From Ilumatobacteraceae bacterium (lineage in GTDB: Bacteria; Actinomycetota; Acidimicrobiia; Acidimicrobiales; Ilumatobacteraceae): DNA of 64,000 bases. Under the pieces are notes generated by a model. That model saw only the letters and a list, made by a program, of their open reading frames with translations, did no database searches and had not been told where the DNA came from. Below, piece after piece: positions 17,807 through 25,745 of this stretch (positions are counted from its first letter, which is position 1; each line of letters starts with the position of its first letter). The stretch lies in contig JAULYE010000010.1 in NCBI GenBank assembly GCA_032118015.1, forward strand, positions 5,113 to 69,112, read 5' to 3'. Position numbers and translations under genes: made by a program.

Positions 17807-19083
17807 ACGTCGGACTGTACCAGTGCCGATTTTGGAGAAAGCTTGTGAGTAATCGGTCGGTCTCGGTTTTCGCTTCGTGACATGAACAAGAAGGCGAGCG
17901 CACTCAAGGCGCTGACAGTTGCACAGACAGCAATGATCACTCGACCATTCGTCGGATCGAATGTCAGCAAACCGATGAGGAGACCGACGAGGAAGAGAAG
18001 ATTGTGGTTGACGTCGTAGAGAGCGAACTCGCGGCCGCCTGCTCCGGGGATTGCATTCGACTGCACAGTTGCGTCGGAACACAGCCGAATGTTCTGGAAG
18101 ACGAATGTGCTGAAACCGAATCCCAGCAGGTATGCAATTCGCGTGTCGACGATCACCATCAGTGTGAACATGATCGCCGTACTGGTGAATGCGAGGAGGG
18201 TCATCATCCGTCGACTGAAATGCTCATTGACCCATTCGGCGGTGTTGGTGCCGATGAAGGTTCCCAGTCCACTCGCGCCCATCACGGCCGCGAAAGCGAC
18301 GGCCGAATTCGCGTTGGATCCGTCACCGATCAGAGCAACACAGGCGAGTACCACTCCGAGAAGAAGACGATTGAGGCCAGTTGCTGTCATGGCGTAGCGA
18401 AGTTTTGGGACTCGCAAGTGTTCGAGCACTTCGCTCCATCGAGCAATGGTGTGTTCACGCCCACCACCAGTCGACCCGGCAATCGTTCGGATCCACAACG
18501 CTGACATTGCATGTCCGATAGCGACGATCACGAAACCTGTGGGTCCGATCAACCACAACAGTGCGACACCACACCCACCTCCGACCACACCGGCCACCGT
18601 TCCCACTGTCAAGCTCGCTGAGTCTGCGGCTACCAGTTCGTGGTTACGAACCAGGTGGCGAATGGACGCAAGACGCGCTGTGTATAGAACCTTCGAAGTG
18701 CACAACGACACCGCCCAGATGACGAACATGACCGGATCGACATCGAAAAGCGCAGCAAACAGAAGTCCGAGGACGAGGACGACTCGCAACATCTGCCCGT
18801 GGAACATGATCCCTCGTCGAGTGAAGCGATCAGCCATGAATCCGCTCAATGGTCCGGCCAACAAAATGGGAAGAGCTGAGGTCGCGACCATCGTTGCAAT
18901 CTGCGACGTCGCAGGTCCCTTCGGGGTGAGGAACAAGACGAGACCAGCCAGGATGACCGTGCCTGCGGCGTCGCTGGCCTGAGAGGTGAATTGGGACAGA
19001 AGCAGCCGCCTGAAGTCGGAGTAGCGCAGGAGATCGCGACGTCGGACATGCAGAGCATTGTCTGAGCGAGTCAGTGTCGGCAT
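17803..19083 (-). CDS. MFS transporter
   Basis: About 12 hydrophobic segments. The N-terminus LRYSDFRRLLLSQFTSQASDAAG is typical of the enterobactin-exporter-like MFS subfamily. Start taken at Met36 (MPTLTRSD). Confidence 0.8.
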   Translation of the reverse strand: MPTLTRSDNALHVRRRDLLRYSDFRRLLLSQFTSQASDAAGTVILAGLVLFLTPKGPATSQIATMVATSALPILLAGPLSGFMADRFTRRGIMFHGQMLRVVLVLGLLFAALFDVDPVMFVIWAVSLCTSKVLYTARLASIRHLVRNHELVAADSASLTVGTVAGVVGGGCGVALLWLIGPTGFVIVAIGHAMSALWIRTIAGSTGGGREHTIARWSEVLEHLRVPKLRYAMTATGLNRLLLGVVLACVALIGDGSNANSAVAFAAVMGASGLGTFIGTNTAEWVNEHFSRRMMTLLAFTSTAIMFTLMVIVDTRIAYLLGFGFSTFVFQNIRLCSDATVQSNAIPGAGGREFALYDVNHNLLFLVGLLIGLLTFDPTNGRVIIAVCATVSALSALAFLFMSRSENRDRPITHKLSPKSALVQSDV

Positions 19084-19263
19084 CGGGAATTCGTCCACGC
19101 AGACACTCTCCCCAATGGAAATGACGGTGTTGGAAGGTTGCGGTGAACTTTGGCTGAACTTTGACCAGGACCGAGACCTATGAGGCACCTTGTAGGGCGA
19201 GCTTCACCGTTTGGCGATCATCAACCTGCCGCGTCTCCACGAGCGCGACAACAGCGCCGCCGG

Positions 19264-19821
19264 TCAGAGAGTGTCGGGCAGTGCGGAGGTTTCGGATCGA
19301 TCGCGCAGGACGAAGTTCGGTACTTCGATGTCGGGCATCGTGTCGAAGTACCGAACCCTGATCGACGTGCTGCACAACACCGATTGTGGGTTCTCCGATG
19401 GGTCATCGCTCGTCGAGGTGTAGGCCACGTTGATGGTGTAGCCGTCGCCGTCTTCGAGGGGCAGTGAGACGCCGAGGAAGAACTCGAGTGTGTCTTCGAG
19501 ATCGAAGCGAGAGACATCAGCGGTTGTTTCGATGTTGACTGGAGTGAAACCACCGGCCAATTCCTGCCACGGTTCGGAGTCACGAGAGATCCATTGCCAC
19601 ATCGCAGCTGGTGCCACCCATCCAGATGCGGAACCGGAGAAGGTTGCGATGGGCTCGAACCGATTCTGGTCGCCGGCGAGAAGGACGAAACCAGGTTCGT
19701 AGGAGATGTCGCATGTTCCCCCCGAACCAGCCGATGCACTAGAGGTACCGAAGGTGAGTGACGCGAGGGCGATCGCTGCGGCGGACAGCGCACGTGTTCG
19801 GATTGGGTGATTGTGATGCAT
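19264..19821 (-). CDS. Secreted 185-aa protein of unknown function, ending ...ALPDTL-stop
   Basis: Signal peptide MHHNHPIRTRALSAAAIALASLTFGTSSASAGSGG. The last codons on the minus strand are ctg ccc gac act ctc tga. Confidence 0.7.
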   Translation of the reverse strand: MHHNHPIRTRALSAAAIALASLTFGTSSASAGSGGTCDISYEPGFVLLAGDQNRFEPIATFSGSASGWVAPAAMWQWISRDSEPWQELAGGFTPVNIETTADVSRFDLEDTLEFFLGVSLPLEDGDGYTINVAYTSTSDDPSENPQSVLCSTSIRVRYFDTMPDIEVPNFVLRDRSETSALPDTL

Positions 19822-19928
19822 GAGAATTCCCTAAAGTCGGACTGAATAGATACGTCACAGAGAGTAGATCAATCGGGTCTCAGTAGCGCAGTTTTTTAGG
19901 AACATTGTTGGTTTATGGTGAGGACATT

Positions 19929-20984
19929 GTGAGCGGAACAGCAGTTAAGCGCGTCCTATTTTTCGTTGTCCCCCTCCTCACGGTCGGTGGCACCCTTGGC
20001 GGGTCATCGGGGGTGAGCGCCGGAGTGTCCGAGTACGGCGTGGACTACTACATCTCACCACCACTCGTTCAGGGATCGTACGTGCCTGGGCAATCCGAGG
20101 ACTTCAACGATTTTGATACCGCGGCTACTTGTCCGCCGACGATTGCCAATGGAGAGATCGCCGTGACGGGTGCGTGCAAAACTCTGATAGCGGATGGATC
20201 CGGAGGAGCAACTGCGGAAGCAATAGATCCGACTCCCACAGTGGGCGCACCAGGTTCGGATTACGCAAGCACAGACTCTGGGGGAGAGATCACCTTCATC
20301 ATGCCCGAGGCTCAGCGTTATCTGGGTTTCTGGTGGAGCGCAGGTTCCGGCGGCAACATTGTTCGATTCTTTGACGGGGACAACGAGGTGCTCTCGTTGA
20401 ACACCGATGACCTAACGGCTCTTCTCGGGTTAGCGCCAACCAGTGTCGGTGACTTCGGATCGACAGGATTTATCGAGTCCCTGGATACGGCCTCGACCTA
20501 CGTCAGACATCACTATTTTGGTAATCCGCGCGGTGTGTTGGCCAGCGCGGCTGGCAGCCCACCGGTGATGACGGCAGCGCTGTGGGAGGGGAACACAACC
20601 AATTACGTGCCCGTCCCTGGCGGAACCATTTACTCGGAACCCTTCGTCTACCTTCATGTCCTCGGACAGGGAAACTTGAGCTTCGACCGGGTGACCTTTT
20701 CCGGCTTCGGCTTCGAATTCGACAACTTCGTGGTGTCGCCGTTCAGTCAAACACCACAGGGCTCATTGGTTCTTGCTGGTTCCGCCGCCGGAACGCCGCC
20801 GCCGGACTTCGAGCCGCCAGCTGGTGGCGGTCGCACACCGTCGATCGATCTCGGTCATTATCTCGAACGCTCTGAGTTGCCCAACACGGGCCGCCGCAAC
20901 ATGAGTCTCGAGTGGATGGCAGCAACGTTCGTTGCAATCGGAACGATTCTCTTGGGTGCACAGCGACGCATACGTCGCGTGTGA
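19929..20984 (+). CDS. LPNTG cell-wall-anchored surface protein, family B member 2
   Basis: GTG 19929 gives (M)SGTAVKRVLFFVVPLLTVGGTLGG, preceded by ggtgagga. The C-terminus is SELPNTGRRNMSLEWMAATFVAIGTILLGAQRRIRRV. It shares the GVDYYISPPLVQGSYV, QRYLGFWWSAGSGGN, HHYFGNPRG and FEFDNFVVSP blocks. Confidence 0.8.
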   Translation: MSGTAVKRVLFFVVPLLTVGGTLGGSSGVSAGVSEYGVDYYISPPLVQGSYVPGQSEDFNDFDTAATCPPTIANGEIAVTGACKTLIADGSGGATAEAIDPTPTVGAPGSDYASTDSGGEITFIMPEAQRYLGFWWSAGSGGNIVRFFDGDNEVLSLNTDDLTALLGLAPTSVGDFGSTGFIESLDTASTYVRHHYFGNPRGVLASAAGSPPVMTAALWEGNTTNYVPVPGGTIYSEPFVYLHVLGQGNLSFDRVTFSGFGFEFDNFVVSPFSQTPQGSLVLAGSAAGTPPPDFEPPAGGGRTPSIDLGHYLERSELPNTGRRNMSLEWMAATFVAIGTILLGAQRRIRRV

Positions 20985-21163
20985 AAGCTCTCGGTACATC
21001 GTTGACGTTCGCTGTTGTTTCTCGCATGTGACCGAAAGGACACCAGGAGTCGGCACCGAAAGGTCACCTGTTGTTCACTGTGCACCTACTGTCATGGCAT
21101 CGGCATTCGCCGATTCATGACACGACGTTTCGATCCCGAATCGTCCGTTCACAGGAGGAATCA

Positions 21164-21733
21164 ATGCGTAAGCGTTCAATATCCCTCGCCCTGCTTGCAG
21201 CAGGATCGTTGATCTTCACAGCGTGTGGAGAGGACCCGGCCAACACAGCGACCACCCAAGCCCCGGCTGAGGAAAATGGCGAAGCCGAAGCAGGGGGCGA
21301 CATCATTGCTGTCGCCACGGCTGCCGGATCTTTCAACACTCTTGCTGCGGCTCTCGAAGCGGCTGGTCTGATCGAAACCCTTCAGGGTGAAGGTCCATTC
21401 ACAGTGTTCGCACCGACAGATGAAGCGTTCGCTGCACTGCCTGAAGGTCTTCTCGATGCCCTGCTGCTCCCCGAAAATGTGGAGATTCTCACGGCCATCT
21501 TGCTGTTCCATGTGATCTCCGGATCTGAAGTCACTTCCGACATGGTGGCTGCTGGTGATGTCGAGATGGCAAGTGGTGCCATGGCAACGATCGTCGTCGA
21601 TGGCGAGACCATCACGATCGCCGGTGCGCCAATCACAGCGGTGGACGTTCAGGCGTCCAATGGCGTCATTCACGTCCTCAGCAGTGTCATGGTGCCAGCT
21701 GACGTCGACGTCGCAGCACTTCTTGCTGGCTGA
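21164..21733 (+). CDS. Fasciclin (FAS1) domain lipoprotein
   Basis: aggagg SD, then MRKRSISLALLAAGSLIFTACGEDP (lipobox). FAS1 motifs [17 protein letters not shown] and NGVIHVLSSVMVP. Confidence 0.9.
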   Translation: MRKRSISLALLAAGSLIFTACGEDPANTATTQAPAEENGEAEAGGDIIAVATAAGSFNTLAAALEAAGLIETLQGEGPFTVFAPTDEAFAALPEGLLDALLLPENVEILTAILLFHVISGSEVTSDMVAAGDVEMASGAMATIVVDGETITIAGAPITAVDVQASNGVIHVLSSVMVPADVDVAALLAG

Positions 21734-21799
21734 TTTCCTGACGCAGTCACCCAGTGCAATCTGATAGTTGGGGCGAGGTCTTCGGACTTCGCCCCAACT
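21711..21799. repeat. 89-bp direct repeat, copy 1 (last 23 nt of the fasciclin gene plus its terminator)
   Basis: tcgcagcacttcttgctggctgatttcctgacgcagtcac[c]cagtgcaatctgatagttggggcgaggtcttcggacttcgccccaact. It is repeated at 22492-22580 with a single mismatch. Confidence 0.95.
21766..21799 (+). terminator. Stem-loop terminator of the fasciclin gene (15-bp stem with one G.U pair, TTCG loop)
   Basis: agttggggcgaggtc-ttcg-gacttcgccccaact, located 33 nt after the stop codon. No U-tract, as is common in Actinobacteria. Confidence 0.7.
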
Positions 21800-21833
21800 C
21801 GTTGTCCGGTGCTAGTGCACTTGGTCCATGATG

Positions 21834-22283
21834 TCAGGGGAGATTTTGCAAGTCGTCATGATCTTTGGGCCGTCCACTCGCTTGCTTGTTGACCTTGAGA
21901 TCGTTCAATGAAATAACGGGAACCAGTAATCCACTGATTATCCGAGATTCGGAACGTCCGTAACAAGCATCGAATGTGACTCCATCGATGTCCATGAGAA
22001 TCTCGATGCGAATTGGTGCTTCACCCATTCGAACGATGCGGTCAGGGTCTTCGAACAGTGGAGGAGTCAGATCTGGAGTGTCGAACCCAAATTCACGTAG
22101 ACACGCAACAATTCGTTCAGCGTTGGTGCGATTTCTTGCAACCCAGATGTCCAAATCTGCAGTGGCGCGCGGGTAGCCATGAAGTGCAACTGCAAACCCT
22201 CCGACGAGGAGATATTCAACGTTGTGGTCGTTGAGTAATTTCAAGAACTCGGAGAAGTCTTGAGGAAACTCGATCTTGTCCAT
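21834..22283 (-). CDS. Nucleotidyltransferase-fold protein (MNT/AbiEii-like; putative toxin-antitoxin or defence component)
   Basis: FSEFLKLLNDHNVEYLLVGGFAVALHGYPRATADLDIWV is the classic GG...HG..R.T.D.D minimal NTase motif. Confidence 0.7.
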   Translation of the reverse strand: MDKIEFPQDFSEFLKLLNDHNVEYLLVGGFAVALHGYPRATADLDIWVARNRTNAERIVACLREFGFDTPDLTPPLFEDPDRIVRMGEAPIRIEILMDIDGVTFDACYGRSESRIISGLLVPVISLNDLKVNKQASGRPKDHDDLQNLP

Positions 22284-22416
22284 AGTTCATCCTGACCAGT
22301 TCAAGAACGTGTTGAAGACGGGCTTCGGGGGCCTGAGTTGACCAGTACGCCTTATCCAATTCGGTGGCTTCTTGGTGAGTGGCCGAAATGTGCAGCGTTT
22401 TCTCCATCGAGCCCAA
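22216..22416 (-). CDS. Small partner protein of the NTase (66 aa)
   Basis: MGSMEKTLHISATHQEATELDKAYWSTQAPEARLQHVLELVR...RLLRVLEI. It lies immediately upstream of the NTase and overlaps it by 68 nt out of frame. The call is uncertain. Confidence 0.4.
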   Translation of the reverse strand: MGSMEKTLHISATHQEATELDKAYWSTQAPEARLQHVLELVRMNYGQDRVSSRLLRVLEITQRPQR

Positions 22417-22491
22417 ATTCTACCGATCGATGCGAAGAGTTGGAGATAAGACTCCCGTGCTCCTTGGCCCGACTACCCAACGCAATCGTGA

Positions 22492-22580
22492 TCGCAGCAC
22501 TTCTTGCTGGCTGATTTCCTGACGCAGTCACTCAGTGCAATCTGATAGTTGGGGCGAGGTCTTCGGACTTCGCCCCAACT
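22492..22580. repeat. 89-bp direct repeat, copy 2 (orphan fasciclin 3' end plus terminator hairpin at 22547-22580)
   Basis: Identical to 21711-21799 except for one c-to-t change. Confidence 0.95.
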
Positions 22581-22732
22581 ATCTCACCTTCGTTGCGGAG
22601 GCAGTACGCGAGATTCTCCGCCTATCATGAAAAAATGCAAAGACTGAAGAGTTTCATCGCCCCAGTCGTCGTTATCGCCGTCGCCACTGCCGTCTTCATA
22701 GCTAGTGCAGTTCGACTTTGACGTGAGTCGGT

Positions 22733-22957
22733 TTATTTCTTTTCGTCCGGCAAATTATCGATGCCATTACCGATTGCCATGAATGTTGGAGCCCAGAGCC
22801 CAACGAAAATTCCAAAGCGCTCTCCTGATGCTTGAACCTCGCCGTTATCTGTTCCGCCCTGAGTGAACCAGATGACGATGCTCGCAATAACCGACAGGAA
22901 TCCAAGCGCATAGGAAAGATTCGCGCTGTAGCCCCATGATTTCAATTTCCTCAACAT
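22733..22957 (-). CDS. Small two-TM membrane protein (74 aa)
   Basis: A strong aaggag SD lies 5 nt before ATG 22957. MLRKLKSWGYSANLSYALGFLSVIASIVIWF...FGIFVGLWAPTFMAIGNG. It is divergent from the GNAT-AAA gene. Confidence 0.6.
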   Translation of the reverse strand: MLRKLKSWGYSANLSYALGFLSVIASIVIWFTQGGTDNGEVQASGERFGIFVGLWAPTFMAIGNGIDNLPDEKK

Positions 22958-23161
22958 ACGTACTCCTTGTTGCAAATTGAAATGAGCTTTTGCCCACGTG
23001 CGAATTGTCCCACACAGTCAAAGAACCTCACGGGATGCTGGGCGGCGTCCCGGCACGTCCCATTCCTTTGCGTGACTCGATCATTGACAAAGGTTGGAGT
23101 CATCACCAGACTCGAGGCACATCAGAGGCGTCTCGGCCAAAAGGTCGGTAAGAATACAACT

Positions 23162-24430
23162 ATGAGCGTCGTCATTCGGGATCTGCTTCTCACAGACATC
23201 GGCCCTGCTGTGCGTCTCCTGGAGGAATGTCGAAATCTGGCTGATACGAAACCGGCAGATATCGCACAATTCGTGAATGACGTTTCCTCTGGCGCACCAG
23301 GAGTCGTCGCGGTTCTCGGTGAAAAGATCGTGGGAATCATCCAAGCTCGCACCGTCGCTGACGATGCCTGGATCAACGTTGTTGTTATCGATAGTTCCTG
23401 GCGTCATCAAGGACTGGGTTCCAAGATGCTGCAAAGGCTCGAAGAAAAGTTGATGCATCTGGGTGTACGGAAAATCTCTGCTTTGCTGTCGAATTCCCAA
23501 GCAGGAGAAACCGCTTTGGTGAATCGTGGTTTCACCTCCACTCACGATCTCGTGCTGTACGAGAAGTTGGAGCCGATTGCTCCGACTGCGATGCGTATCG
23601 TCGATCAATATGGCGGGGAGATTCTGCCGACAACGCTTTGGGACCGTGTTGCTGGAATGCATGAGGAAAAACGGGTCATTGATGGGCGTGTAGTGGCGCC
23701 CTTGGCCGATCCAACGACTGCTGAGAAAGTGGGAGTCAAGGCTCCAGCAACTGTCTTGCTTTTTGGCCCTCCGGGCACTGGCAAGACAACTTTTGCCAAA
23801 GCCATTGCGGGTCGTCTTGGGTGGCCATTTATTGAACTACTGCCGTCCAAATTGGAAAGCGGAAGTGACTCGATGTCGTCGGAACTTCGAACTGCCATCA
23901 GTGATCTTCTCCAGTTGGATCACGCGGTTGTCTTCATCGATGAATTCGATGAGATCGCCTCGGCCAGGGAACACAATCCAACAACAAAAGGGGTGGTGAA
24001 CGAATTATTGAAAATGATTCCTCTCTATCGATCCACCCCGGGACACTTGTTGGTCTGTGCCACGAATTTCGTAGGAGACATTGACTCGGCTGTGTTGCGT
24101 CCGGGCAGATTTGACTTGGTGATCCCGATCGGCCCGCCCGATCTCGTGGCGCGACGTGCATTGTGGAACGCTGCCCTTTCGTCGCTGGACCACCGTGGCG
24201 TCGAAATTGAAAAGCTCGCGCTTCAAACCGAGGGTTACACACCTGGTGATGTGGAATTGGCGGCCCAAAGGGCTGCAGCTGCTGCCTTTGACCGCATTCG
24301 AGAAGGTGCTGAGCCTCCGCATATTTCCGCAGACGATCTTGATGCGGCTATCGCCCGTACTCGAGCCTCGGTGACGAGTGAAATTCGCCAACGATTCAGC
24401 GAAGAGGCCGATCGATTCGCTCGGGTGTGA
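23162..24430 (+). CDS. GNAT acetyltransferase / AAA+ ATPase fusion protein
   Basis: Start at ATG 23162 (MSVVIRDLL). GNAT motif A is WRHQGLGSKMLQRLEEKL. The AAA+ part has Walker A LLFGPPGTGKTT, Walker B AVVFIDEFDE, NFVGDIDSAVLRPGRFD (second region of homology with Arg finger) and a C-terminal helical lid. Confidence 0.8.
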   Translation: MSVVIRDLLLTDIGPAVRLLEECRNLADTKPADIAQFVNDVSSGAPGVVAVLGEKIVGIIQARTVADDAWINVVVIDSSWRHQGLGSKMLQRLEEKLMHLGVRKISALLSNSQAGETALVNRGFTSTHDLVLYEKLEPIAPTAMRIVDQYGGEILPTTLWDRVAGMHEEKRVIDGRVVAPLADPTTAEKVGVKAPATVLLFGPPGTGKTTFAKAIAGRLGWPFIELLPSKLESGSDSMSSELRTAISDLLQLDHAVVFIDEFDEIASAREHNPTTKGVVNELLKMIPLYRSTPGHLLVCATNFVGDIDSAVLRPGRFDLVIPIGPPDLVARRALWNAALSSLDHRGVEIEKLALQTEGYTPGDVELAAQRAAAAAFDRIREGAEPPHISADDLDAAIARTRASVTSEIRQRFSEEADRFARV

Positions 24431-24495
24431 ATGTCTCAAGGGTTTGATCTCAGCGAGTTCCTCAGTCGTCGGACCGACCTCGAGTCCCGCGTCAC

Positions 24496-24837
24496 GGCGA
24501 GCCGGCCAACACGGCCACCACCGAAGTCACGATAGAAGACAGTGACTCCAGCGAGGAGTTGGGCGACATCGTTTCCGTCGCATCTGCTGCTGGCTCGTTC
24601 TCGACCTTGGCTGCGGCTCTCGAAGCTGCCGGTCTCATTGAGACCCTTCAAGGTGAAGGTCCTTTCACCGTGTTCGCACCCACGGATGAGGCATTCGCTG
24701 CCCTTCCCGATGGGTTGCTCGACGCCCTGCTCCTCCCGGAGAACGTTGAAGTTTTGAAGTCCATCTTGCTGTTCCACGTGATCAGCTCGGTCATGGTTCC
24801 GTCCGATGTGGATGTGGCTGCGCTGCTTGCTGGCTGA
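24496..24837 (+). pseudogene. Fasciclin paralog remnant (no signal peptide or lipobox; ~58-aa internal deletion)
   Basis: [11 protein letters not shown]...[53 protein letters not shown] aligns with 21164..21733. An in-frame TGA lies upstream at 24445. The sequence jumps from LLFHVIS directly to [16 protein letters not shown]. Confidence 0.7.
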
Positions 24838-24865
24838 TTCCAGACGAAAATCGATCAATTCGAAA

Positions 24866-24899
24866 AGTGGGGGTGAGGCTTGCGGGCTTCACCCCCACT
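24866..24899 (+). terminator. Terminator hairpin, variant B copy 1 (14-bp stem with one G.U pair)
   Basis: agtgggggtgaggc-ttgcgg-gcttcacccccact. It has the same architecture as the 21766 hairpin and is repeated at 26817-26850. Confidence 0.7.
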
Positions 24900-24989
24900 C
24901 GTTTGTGGGAGCGAAAGAAAAAGTTTTCCGCTGGGGCCTCTCTTTCGAATTCACCGCTCACGCCTATTCTGTTATCGGTGGATCAAACA

Positions 24990-25583
24990 GTGACAAGTCG
25001 CAAACGATCTCGGGAACCAGAGACGATGGAAAGGATTCTCATCAGCGCCCGCAAAGAGATTGCGGCGAAGGGAATTCTCGGTCTTCGTGTCGCCGATGTT
25101 GCAGAGGGAGCATTTTCCTCTGTGACTCAGATCTACCGCTACTTCGGTGATCGAAACGGACTCTTGGCCCGCGTACTCGGCGATTGGTACGAGGAGTCCC
25201 TTGATCAGAGTCTGACCACTATCCAGAAGCGACTCGACGTAATCGAAAACGTGACGATCGATGACATTGCTGATGCGCTACCCAGTCCGACCGAGGATTG
25301 GGTACGCGTTCACAGTGGCATGCGGCTTCAGATTCTTGCGACATCTGTGACCAATTCAGCGCTTCAGGAACGCCTGAAGGCAATCGCCAGCGTCCATTTG
25401 CTTCGATGGAACGAGTACATCGAACGCGTGGCATCGAGGCTTGGTGACGAAGAAGAGTTGGATGATCGAGTGTTCACGATCATGATCGCGATGCAGATGC
25501 CGTACTACCGGTTCCTACTCGATGACGGCGGTTTCAGTGAATCGGAGTACCGCGATTTTTTACGACAGAAGTTGCGCCGCTGA
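24990..25583 (+). CDS. TetR-family transcriptional regulator
   Basis: SRKRSREPETMERILISARKEIAAKGILGLRVADVAEGAFSSVTQIYRYFGDRNGLL is a TetR N-terminal HTH. The start is GTG 24990 or ATG 25026. Confidence 0.8.
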   Translation: MTSRKRSREPETMERILISARKEIAAKGILGLRVADVAEGAFSSVTQIYRYFGDRNGLLARVLGDWYEESLDQSLTTIQKRLDVIENVTIDDIADALPSPTEDWVRVHSGMRLQILATSVTNSALQERLKAIASVHLLRWNEYIERVASRLGDEEELDDRVFTIMIAMQMPYYRFLLDDGGFSESEYRDFLRQKLRR

Positions 25584-25622
25584 CGCAGGCGCGCTTGGTG
25601 AGTTGATTGTGATGAACTGAAG

Positions 25623-25650
25623 CTTGCGGAAGAAAATTTTCTTCCGCAAG
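25623..25650. promoter_or_regulatory. Perfect 28-bp palindrome (cttgcggaagaaaa/ttttcttccgcaag): candidate TetR operator or bidirectional terminator
   Basis: Verified base by base. It lies 40 nt after the TetR stop and 96 nt before the LPNTG gene start. Confidence 0.5.
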
Positions 25651-25745
25651 TCGGTCATTGTCTCTTTGTTCCCGAGCACATAAACAGGTGGGGCTCACAA
25701 TGTGCATGGCTCTTACGCCCATTACCGAAAGTTGAAGGAACAATC

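Noticed and set aside
21030-21075. Paired GAAA-loop hairpins (gtgaccgaaaggacac / caccgaaaggtcac) upstream of the fasciclin gene as a structured RNA.
   Set aside because: The stems are only 5-6 bp with mismatches, and no recognisable riboswitch or leader consensus is present.
24867-24900. ORFs beginning MGVRLAGFTPT at 24867 and 26818.
   Set aside because: These 'N-termini' are simply the translation of the repeated terminator hairpin (gtgggggtgaggcttgcgggcttcacccccact). The real starts are further downstream.
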